This document shows, piece after piece, positions 46,124 through 53,488 of a stretch of DNA of 64,000 nucleotides (positions within the stretch are counted from its first letter, which is position 1; every line of letters begins with the position of its first letter). Source of the stretch: Lactobacillaceae bacterium (GTDB lineage Bacteria > Bacillota > Bacilli > Lactobacillales > Lactobacillaceae); NCBI GenBank assembly GCA_031289615.1, contig JAITPD010000033.1, positions 12,123 through 76,122 of the forward strand, written 5' to 3'. Position numbers and translations under genes: made by a program. The notes below the pieces were generated by a model. That model was not told the origin of the DNA and made no database searches. It was given only the letters and a program-made list of their open reading frames with translations.

Positions 46124-48996
46124 AGGAACATCAAGATAAATTAAGAGCCTTATCTGCCAATGATAACCTAGCCGGTGAACATTATGATAAATATAAAAGG
46201 TATTTAGATGATGCCCTTAGTGAAGATAATCAAAGAAAAATCAAAAACATTGCCATAACTGGAAAATACGGGAGTGGCAAGTCCTCAATTATTGACACAT
46301 ATTTTAAAGATAATGATGCTTACCTGCGTGTTAGTTTTGCGACGTTTGATAGTGATGAAAAGTCTAAGGGAATTAATAACAAAGAATCTAATAATAGTGA
46401 GTCTGATAAAGTTATAAAGAATGATGGCGGGCCAAATATTTTTGCAAATATTATTAATCAGATAATTTATCAGTTGGATGTTAATAAAATACCTTTAACA
46501 AAGTTTAAGGTGAAGAAGCCACTTTCTAAAGATACTAAAGTTGGGTTGATAATTGAGTTGGCTTTAATATCAACGTTATTCGTTCATTTTGGTTTGGGAA
46601 TGTCAAAGTACGTCATAAGTATTCGACTTATCATAATTTTTGCATTAGGTTTAGCGATAGTATGGAAAGCCTTATCAAAATTTGAAATCAATCGTTTAAA
46701 ACTATCTTTTAAACTAGTTGACACTGAAATTGATATGGGAAGGGATGATTTATTTGAACGGTACACTGATGAAATAATTTATCTCTTTGAAAACTCTGGT
46801 AAATCAATTTTAATTATTGAAGATCTTGATAGGTTTAATGACTTAAAGATTTTCGAAAAATTACGTGAGTTAAATACAAAACTCAACTATACCAGTAAAA
46901 CAAATTGGCGCTTCATATATTTGATTAAAGATGATTTATTTGTAAATAAAAATGATCGAGTTAAGTTTTTTGATGAAATCATCCCAGTAATTCCGTTTAT
47001 AACCTCCAATAATTCGTTTGATAAATTACGTGATCTATTTGAAGGAGATGGCATTGATATAAAACTGCTGAGGATTTTGGGTGTCTATATAGATGATTTT
47101 AGAATTTTGCTCAATATAAGCAATGAGTACAAAGTATATTTTGGTGCAGCAGAGAATCAAAATAAAAATGAATTACTCGCATTAATTGCATATAAAAACT
47201 TGTTTCCAACTGAATTCGATGATTTACAGAACGGTAAAGGAAAGCTTGCAAAAATTGTTAATGAAAGTAATCAGAATATAAGAGATCAGATTCAAAAATT
47301 GAATGAGCAACGTGAAGAACTAAAACTAAAAAAAGAGACGGTAGCTGCCACGAATGAAGTTGAATTTTTAACTCTTTGGTCGATGAATAATGGTTTAGAT
47401 TTTTATCAGTCTGGGCGAGGTGGTTACAATAATGTACCCAATTTGAGTATCTCCAATATTGCACATGCAAAGCAAGTAATAGAGCAAGATCTTCAAATAG
47501 GAAGTCTTAACCAACAAAATGCACCAAAATATTCAGAATACAAGCAAGCTAATGCTGATTATGCTGATGGACTTGCAGTTGTGACATCATTTGATGGGCA
47601 TATTGTGGAAATTTCAAACAAGATCGAACAATTATCTGAGCTAAAGTTAAAGGACGTTGATCGTAACGCGATTGAGGGGGAATTTAGCGATATATTGTTT
47701 GCTTTAATTAAGTATGGGTTTATTACCGGGGATTATTTAAACGTTATTAACCATTATTATGGTGATCAAAATAATCTAGTATTTATGAAAAGAATTTTTG
47801 CAGGCCTTGAGAAGGATAAGTTTGACTTGAAAATCACTGATTTGGCTGGGCTGAATGAAAATTTGGATGACACAGATTTTGATAAGAATGAAATATTAAA
47901 TTTTGACTTGTTTAATTGGTTGTATTCAACTAACAATGACAAAAGGCTTACTCAGATGATTAAAACTGCTAATCATGGTGAGAATACTTTTATTGAAGAA
48001 GCAATTAATCTAAATCCCGAATTATTTGATGCAGTATTAAAGGTGCTTCCAAATATTCACTTTGATTTAACTAAATTACTTGAAATTAATGTGAATAAGA
48101 TTATTTTGGAAAATCTGTATGATGATACCAAATCAAATGGAAACATACTCGTTGGCTGGATTTCTAACTGGAATCAAGGACAGTACATTGAACTACTGAA
48201 CAACGAAACTGTCTATGGACACTTAAAAAAAGCTGTAATTGAAAATCTATTAAATAAATTGGAATTGAATCAAGTGTCTCACAAAGACTTATGGACTAAT
48301 ATTTTGCATAATCATAAGGCAATTGTTGATGAAAATAATGTAATTATATATTTTGACGAATTTGGGATTGATATAAACCTAATCAATTTTATTAATGAGG
48401 ATAATATTGAATTTAAAGGTAATTTATCACAAGAATTTTTTGATGATGTAATTGCTGTTAATGAAATCAACGATGATAAATTTAGTGAGATATGGGCATC
48501 CTATCAATTTGATAAAAAGTATTCAGTTGAAGATATTATGGATCAAGAAATAAACAAGTTGAGTCTATTGTTATCGTATGGAGTGTTAACAATGACACAA
48601 CAGATGATTGAATATATTGTGAGTCAAAAAATTGAATTACCCAAAATATATAATAACCATAATTTCAAAAATTTTGTTCTGGAAAATAAAATTAAGTTAA
48701 ATGATATTTTAGTTAAAGATTTATTGAAGCAAGATGATGAATATAATGAACAAATCTTCATGCGATCAATTCCAGCATTAACGAAATCAACAATGATTGA
48801 TTATGTTGAAAAAAATATTTTATTTGATGGCAAGATATTAAAAATTATGAATCATCACAGAGGGGCTCAAAACTTAAAAGTTGATGAAACAGAAATGTCA
48901 ATAAAACTATTTAAATGGATGCAAGAAAATGGATACATTGAAAGTTATGATGTTTTGCAGGGCAAAATGAAACCGAATTTTAAGAAGAAAAATTAA
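46120..48996 (+). CDS. KAP/YobI-type P-loop NTPase with two TM helices inserted in the NTPase domain (Tmn-like), plus a long unassigned C-terminal region
   Basis: ATGA start/stop overlap with the ISP gene, and SD GAGGTGA at 46109-46115. Walker A GKYGSGKSS (~46261-46288). Hydrophobic helices at ~46540-46680. Walker B ILIIEDLDRF (~46807-46836). KFFDEIIPVIPF segment. Confidence 0.7.
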   Translation: MKEHQDKLRALSANDNLAGEHYDKYKRYLDDALSEDNQRKIKNIAITGKYGSGKSSIIDTYFKDNDAYLRVSFATFDSDEKSKGINNKESNNSESDKVIKNDGGPNIFANIINQIIYQLDVNKIPLTKFKVKKPLSKDTKVGLIIELALISTLFVHFGLGMSKYVISIRLIIIFALGLAIVWKALSKFEINRLKLSFKLVDTEIDMGRDDLFERYTDEIIYLFENSGKSILIIEDLDRFNDLKIFEKLRELNTKLNYTSKTNWRFIYLIKDDLFVNKNDRVKFFDEIIPVIPFITSNNSFDKLRDLFEGDGIDIKLLRILGVYIDDFRILLNISNEYKVYFGAAENQNKNELLALIAYKNLFPTEFDDLQNGKGKLAKIVNESNQNIRDQIQKLNEQREELKLKKETVAATNEVEFLTLWSMNNGLDFYQSGRGGYNNVPNLSISNIAHAKQVIEQDLQIGSLNQQNAPKYSEYKQANADYADGLAVVTSFDGHIVEISNKIEQLSELKLKDVDRNAIEGEFSDILFALIKYGFITGDYLNVINHYYGDQNNLVFMKRIFAGLEKDKFDLKITDLAGLNENLDDTDFDKNEILNFDLFNWLYSTNNDKRLTQMIKTANHGENTFIEEAINLNPELFDAVLKVLPNIHFDLTKLLEINVNKIILENLYDDTKSNGNILVGWISNWNQGQYIELLNNETVYGHLKKAVIENLLNKLELNQVSHKDLWTNILHNHKAIVDENNVIIYFDEFGIDINLINFINEDNIEFKGNLSQEFFDDVIAVNEINDDKFSEIWASYQFDKKYSVEDIMDQEINKLSLLLSYGVLTMTQQMIEYIVSQKIELPKIYNNHNFKNFVLENKIKLNDILVKDLLKQDDEYNEQIFMRSIPALTKSTMIDYVEKNILFDGKILKIMNHHRGAQNLKVDETEMSIKLFKWMQENGYIESYDVLQGKMKPNFKKKN

Positions 48997-49011
48997 TATG
49001 TGCAGTCCTAG

Positions 49012-49060
49012 TTAAACTTTTGAATTGGGTTGGTATATTTTACATGAAAAGTTTAATTTT
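49012..49060 (+). terminator. Weak candidate terminator after the NTPase gene
   Basis: Perfect 10-bp but AT-rich arms TTAAACTTTT/AAAAGTTTAA (49012-49021/49047-49056), a 25-nt loop, then T4. Confidence 0.3.
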
Positions 49061-49224
49061 AGTTCGGAATTATCGTATATACGGTTAAAACTGGTGGAAT
49101 AATTTTGTAAAAAATTTTGTTAAAACAAAAGCTATTAGGTGATGATGGACGTTAAACGTTTATATAACAGCCTAAATATTCAGCATATTAAACTCAAATA
49201 ATGAAATGAAAGAAGGCATTGAAA

Positions 49225-49659
49225 ATGATTAGACAGAAGGTAACGTATAGCGATTTAAACGCCAAGCAACAGGAGCTTTTTAACTTTACGAAGCTTGCGA
49301 GTGCATTGATTGATTACAATCTGGTTGCCATAAAATTAGATGATGATTATCTTGGTGCTGATTTTTTGATTTATGACGCTGATAACGATGGTAAAACAAT
49401 TAAGGTTCAACTTAAGGGGAGAATTAATGTTGAGTCTAAGTACATTGGTAAAAATTTGTATATGGCATTTCCTTTAGAAACGCATGGGGATGAGTGGGTA
49501 ATTATTGACCATGATAAGTTGGCCGAATTGTGGATGACAGGGAATGAGTCTAAAAGTTGGAACCACGGTCAAGGCGGATATTCAGCGAAGTCAGTACCTA
49601 AACAGATTATGGCACAAGTAATTGATATGAGTCTGTATGGTATTTTGAAAATTCACTAA
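49225..49659 (+). CDS. Small hypothetical protein with a PD-(D/E)xK-like signature
   Basis: ATG 49225 behind AGAAGG. GADFLIYDADNDGKTIKVQLKGR gives a D...(x)n...QxK spacing like the nuclease core of the ISP N-terminus (D..VQAK). No other motif seen. Confidence 0.35.
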   Translation: MIRQKVTYSDLNAKQQELFNFTKLASALIDYNLVAIKLDDDYLGADFLIYDADNDGKTIKVQLKGRINVESKYIGKNLYMAFPLETHGDEWVIIDHDKLAELWMTGNESKSWNHGQGGYSAKSVPKQIMAQVIDMSLYGILKIH

Positions 49660-49746
49660 TTCGTTAATGCAAGTGTTCAAGCTTTATTCACCCCACCTCA
49701 CCCATTCAGGCGTACAATATATGTATACAAAGTGAGGTAAAAAATT

Positions 49747-50040
49747 ATGGGCTTTTTCAAACAATTTCTATCAGGTTTAGGCGATACGACCGTGAGCGGT
49801 GATGACAATTTTGCATCGTTCTCTGATGGTACGACGGCGAACAAGGTAGGCGACACCACGTTTTATTCTGATGGGACAAGCAAGACGACGATTGGTGACA
49901 CGGAATTTTTGAGCAACGGTGTCACTGGTAACAAGATTGGCGATACGACATTTTACTCGGACGGAACTACCAAAACCGAGATTGGCGGGTCAACGTTCAT
50001 GTCCGGGGACGGTGCGGACGATGACGCCAAGATGTGGTAA
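49747..50040 (+). CDS. 97-aa Gly/Asp/Thr-rich protein made of four ~15-aa tandem repeats (GDTTFYSDGTxKTxI)
   Basis: GTGAGGT RBS. The repeats are visible in the translation. No signal peptide or TM helix. A strong terminator follows. Confidence 0.4.
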   Translation: MGFFKQFLSGLGDTTVSGDDNFASFSDGTTANKVGDTTFYSDGTSKTTIGDTEFLSNGVTGNKIGDTTFYSDGTTKTEIGGSTFMSGDGADDDAKMW

Positions 50041-50050
50041 ATAAGATGAG

Positions 50051-50083
50051 AAATCCACTGGCTGCGGCGGGTGGATTTTTTTA
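50051..50083 (+). terminator. Rho-independent terminator
   Basis: AAATCCAC/GTGGATTT stem with a GC-rich loop, then T7. Confidence 0.7.
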
Positions 50084-50197
50084 TAAAGATGATCTGGTTG
50101 AGGTGCCGCTATAGCCAGGAATTAAAAAAATTCAAATTGGATAAAATATGTATATCACGGTACAATAATGGTAATAAATTTGTTTTGGAGGGACAAC

Positions 50198-50392
50198 ATG
50201 ACAACACAAGATAAATTAGAAAAAATTAATGCCGTACAAGACGAACTGCGTGAAATGTATTATGCAGGTGATTTTGGTGAATTGTTGCGTTCTGGTATAT
50301 CTCAGGACATGATTGATTTTTTACTACAACTAAAAGATTATTATCGGGCAATTGATCAAAAGAAAATCATTGATGGACCGTTTGTAATATAA
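50198..50392 (+). CDS. Hypothetical 64-aa helical protein
   Basis: ATG 50198 behind GGAGGG with 8-nt spacing. A TTGGAT-N18-TACAAT promoter-like pair lies at ~50137-50166. No motif recognised. Confidence 0.35.
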   Translation: MTTQDKLEKINAVQDELREMYYAGDFGELLRSGISQDMIDFLLQLKDYYRAIDQKKIIDGPFVI

Positions 50393-50441
50393 TTTCGAAA
50401 TCAAGTATCCCCAAAACATCTAAATTCCCTCACCACAAACC

Positions 50442-50490
50442 AAAGCTTAGGCCCCGCGCTCGTCGCAGGATTTCCTAAGCTTTTTCTTTT
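50442..50490 (+). terminator. Probable terminator at the island's right edge
   Basis: AAAGCTTAGG/CCTAAGCTTT 10-bp arms with a 22-nt GC-rich loop, then TTTTTCTTTT. Confidence 0.55.
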
Positions 50491-50664
50491 AGTAAGCTTA
50501 ATAAAATGGGCATAATTGTCTGTTAAAATGGAATAACGAACTAGAAATAGCTCGATTTAAAACTGAAATACTCACTTTAAATACGCATAAACAGTCCGGG
50601 TGTCACAGGCGGAAAAGCTTGTGATAGCAACGTTTTGGAGCGTAATTAATTTTCTTAAGAAACG

Positions 50665-50693
50665 TTGACAAATTAGTTGGGTTTATGTATTAT
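50665..50693 (+). promoter_or_regulatory. Sigma-A-type promoter of the fab cluster
   Basis: TTGACA (50665-50670), a 17-nt spacer, then TATTAT (50688-50693), 50 nt upstream of fabZ1. Confidence 0.55.
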
Positions 50694-50706
50694 TAGTTTA
50701 TCGGAT

Positions 50707-50723
50707 ATTTCGATGTTCGAAAT
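50707..50723. promoter_or_regulatory. Candidate FabT operator (17-bp palindrome ATTTCGA-TGT-TCGAAAT)
   Basis: Perfect 7-3-7 inverted repeat between the -10 and the RBS. Same 17-bp architecture as the streptococcal FabT box. Its half-site ATTTCGATG recurs upstream of fabK (53410-53418). Confidence 0.35.
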
Positions 50724-50743
50724 GTTTTGAAAGGAGGTTGATC

Positions 50744-51184
50744 ATGGCAGTTCTGACAACAACGGAAATTATGGACATCATCCCAAACCGTTATCCAATC
50801 TTGTATATGGATAAGGTGACGGAGATGATCCCTGATGAATCATTGGTCGCCGTTAAAAACGTGACAATCAATGAACAATTTTTCCAAGGTCATTTTCCCG
50901 GTAATCCTGTAATGCCAGGGGTTTTAATTATTGAATCATTAGCGCAAGCCGCTTCTATTTTGATTTTGAAATCTCCTCAATTTGCCGGTAAAACAGCTTA
51001 TATGACAGGAATTGATGATGCGAAGTTTAAGCAGATGGTGCGACCTGGTGATGTGCTTGAATTGCACGTTAAACTTGGAGCCCTTCGCGGTAACATGGGA
51101 ACTGTGGATGTTGAAGCGCAAGTAGATGGTAAAACAGCTACTAAAGCAACTTTGATGTTCGTGGTGGCGCCGGATGAAAAATAG
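50744..51184 (+). CDS. fabZ: 3-hydroxyacyl-ACP dehydratase paralogue (FabZ1 / FabN-like)
   Basis: ATG 50744 behind GGAGG. IPNRYPILYMD, FFQGHFPGNPVMPGVLIIESLAQ hot-dog motif. Confidence 0.8.
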   Translation: MAVLTTTEIMDIIPNRYPILYMDKVTEMIPDESLVAVKNVTINEQFFQGHFPGNPVMPGVLIIESLAQAASILILKSPQFAGKTAYMTGIDDAKFKQMVRPGDVLELHVKLGALRGNMGTVDVEAQVDGKTATKATLMFVVAPDEK

Positions 51185-51656
51185 GACAGCTGTAAGCGAG
51201 ACTATGGCAGAAGGCGAATACTCATTTGAACGGGTCAATGACGCGTTAGTGGATGTCTTTAACAATGTAATGTGGATTGAGGAAGCTTCGTTACGCGAAT
51301 CTGAATACAACGATATTACGTTAAAGGACATGCACATTATTGCAGCAATCGGTGGTAAAAATGATGTTTCTGCGTCTAGGCTCGCGGAAACAGTCCATGT
51401 CACACCGAGTACGATGACTAGTGCGATTGATAAATTAGTCCGTAAAGGTTACGTTTTGAGACACCGTGATGAAACGGATCGTCGTTTGGTCATGATAGCT
51501 CTAACGCATAAGGGACGAGTTGTTAATCGCGCACATGATGCTTTCCATCGTGGATTAACTCACGCATTGTTTGACCAAATTAAGCAAACTGATACGCTTA
51601 AAATTCAGACGGCTGTAATTCGTTTACAAGCATATTTGCATCAATTGGTTGAATAG
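51174..51656 (+). CDS. fabT: MarR-family regulator of fatty-acid synthesis (FabT-like)
   Basis: Winged-HTH MarR segments (ITLKDMHIIAAIG.., LVRKGYVLRHRDETDRRLV). Canonical slot upstream of fabH-acpP. The start is uncertain (51174 or 51204). Confidence 0.75.
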   Translation: MKNRTAVSETMAEGEYSFERVNDALVDVFNNVMWIEEASLRESEYNDITLKDMHIIAAIGGKNDVSASRLAETVHVTPSTMTSAIDKLVRKGYVLRHRDETDRRLVMIALTHKGRVVNRAHDAFHRGLTHALFDQIKQTDTLKIQTAVIRLQAYLHQLVE

Positions 51657-51677
51657 TAGAGAGTCGTGGAGAAACAA

Positions 51678-52646
51678 ATGGGAAATATCAAGATGACAGG
51701 TTTTGCAAAAGCAATTCCGACACACGTAGTAACCAATGATGATTTGGCTGACGTGATGGAAACTTCTGATGAGTGGATTCATTCACGAACAGGGATTCAT
51801 CGCCGGCATGTGGTGACAGATGAAAACACTAGTGATCTCGCAATTCAAGTGGCTAATCAACTGTTGGTTAACGCTAACATTGAAGCGACGGATTTGGATT
51901 TCATTATTGTAGCAACAATGTCACCAGATACGATGACGCCGAGTGTGGCAGCGAGAGTTCAAGGAGCAATTGGCGCAACAAACGCCTTTGCACTAGATCT
52001 CGGAGCGGCTTGCTCAGGATTTGTCTACGGATTATCAACGGCCAACGCTCTTCTGGCAACTAATTCAAAACGCGGAATGCTAATTGGCGCCGAAGTTTTG
52101 AGCAAATTGCTAGATTGGCAAGATCGATCAGTTTCAGTTTTGTTTGGCGATGGAGCTGCTGGTGTAATTTTGGAGAGAACCACTGAATCTGCAGGATTGG
52201 TCTCAGAATCATTGAAAACTTTTGGCGCACAATGGGAAGCGTTGACTGCTGGCAAGATGGCGAACAAGAATTTATTGGGCGAAATCGAAGCTGATGATCC
52301 ATTCTTTCACATGGACGGGCGAGCTGTTTACGGCTTTGCTACCCGTGAAGTGCCTAAAGCTTTAAATGAAGCGCTGGAAAAGGCCGAGTTAGAAGCTGAT
52401 GATGTTGATCTATTCATTATGCACCAGGCAAATCGCCGAATTATTGATTCGATTGCAAAACGCTTTGGACAACCGATTGAAAAGTTCCCCATGAATATGG
52501 AAGAATACGGTAATACAAGTGCGGCAAGCATTGGAATCATGCTGGTTGAACTGTTTGAGCAAAACAAGCTACACGCTGGACAAACGATTGCCTTAGCTGG
52601 CTTTGGTGGTGGTTTGACGGTTGGAGCAGTAATTATTAAGTTATAA
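51678..52646 (+). CDS. fabH: 3-oxoacyl-ACP synthase III
   Basis: ATG 51678 behind GGAGA. TSDEWI..RTGI, active-site AACSGF, HQAN and GNTSAAS motifs. Confidence 0.9.
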   Translation: MGNIKMTGFAKAIPTHVVTNDDLADVMETSDEWIHSRTGIHRRHVVTDENTSDLAIQVANQLLVNANIEATDLDFIIVATMSPDTMTPSVAARVQGAIGATNAFALDLGAACSGFVYGLSTANALLATNSKRGMLIGAEVLSKLLDWQDRSVSVLFGDGAAGVILERTTESAGLVSESLKTFGAQWEALTAGKMANKNLLGEIEADDPFFHMDGRAVYGFATREVPKALNEALEKAELEADDVDLFIMHQANRRIIDSIAKRFGQPIEKFPMNMEEYGNTSAASIGIMLVELFEQNKLHAGQTIALAGFGGGLTVGAVIIKL

Positions 52647-52697
52647 AAGAACATATTTCACACAAAATATTTTTTAGAGACGAAAGAGGAAATTAAC

Positions 52698-52937
52698 ATG
52701 ACTAACGAAGCAATTTTTGAAAAAGTACAAGAAATCTTGATGGACCAATTTGACTTGGAAGCAAGCGAAGTGGAAATTAACACTAACATGGCAGAAGATA
52801 TTGATGCAGACTCACTCGACTTGTTTGAAGTTTTGAACCGTGTTGAAGATGATTTCGACATCAAGTTGGAAGCTACTGAAAGTGTTGCAACGGTTTCAGA
52901 CCTTGTTGCTAAGATTGCTGAACAAGTTAACAAGTAA
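52698..52937 (+). CDS. acpP: Acyl carrier protein
   Basis: 79 aa with the phosphopantetheine site DIDADSLDLFE. Confidence 0.9.
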   Translation: MTNEAIFEKVQEILMDQFDLEASEVEINTNMAEDIDADSLDLFEVLNRVEDDFDIKLEATESVATVSDLVAKIAEQVNK

Positions 52938-52941
52938 CATA

Positions 52942-53357
52942 TTGTACTAGTTGTGTAATGTTGGACTTTGGTTGATCAGCGAAGCGATTCTGCCGTTGGA
53001 TGACCAGCCCCCGCCGAATCTAGGCGAAACTTTTCACGCGGGCTTTAGCGCCGTGAAATTGGCAAATTATTTTGCCATTCGGCATGAATCGTGCAGGGCC
53101 ATCCGAACGTAAAGAATCTTTAGCGGAGCTGATCAACCTAAAGTACAATATTTTATGCACCACCTTGGTCATTTTATATAAGGCGTGGTGGTTTGAAATG
53201 ATGATAGTAGGTGATTAAGCGAGGTAGCGGCACCAATTCGACTAAATTTCGGTTAAACGAAATTAAAAGTCGAATGGGACCGTGTCGCCACTTACTATCT
53301 TTATTGAAAAGCCACCACGCCAGTGAGAAATGACCAAGTGGTTTCATAGCTAACACA
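52942..53357. repeat. MITE-like nested-palindrome element, copy 3 (H2 then inverted H1) between acpP and fabK
   Basis: H2 is 52957-53152. H1 is 53161-53340 and matches the reverse complement of 21255-21433. The outer arms are degenerate (TTGTACTAGTTGTGTAA / CATAGCTAACACA). It starts 4 nt after the acpP stop. Confidence 0.85.
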
Positions 53358-53407
53358 TTGTTGCTTTACTGAGTAAGTCCCCAAATAAGGTGGCTTCATT
53401 GCGCGAA

Positions 53408-53431
53408 TCATTTCGATGGAGCGTGAAATGA
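53408..53431. promoter_or_regulatory. Inverted repeat TCATTTC-N10-GAAATGA upstream of fabK; possible second FabT site
   Basis: It shares ATTTCGATG...GAAATG with the 50707-50723 palindrome and lies 58 nt upstream of the fabK ATG. Confidence 0.3.
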
Positions 53432-53488
53432 AAGCATCTTGTTGTGGTGGACGAGCATTGAATTGATAGAAAGAGACGAATTAAATCT

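Larger units (their letters stand above)
41055..50640. other. Accessory (defence-type) island between ileS and the fab cluster; no integrase, transposase or tRNA present
   Basis: It is bounded by the ileS terminator and the fab promoter. It holds the Type ISP R-M gene, the KAP-type NTPase and three orphan ORFs, and is markedly AT-richer in parts (hand counts are in the findings). Confidence 0.6.

Noticed and set aside
53174-53356. 60-aa minus-strand ORF
   Set aside because: It lies wholly inside the H1 palindrome of repeat copy 3. The equivalent frame is not conserved in copy 2.
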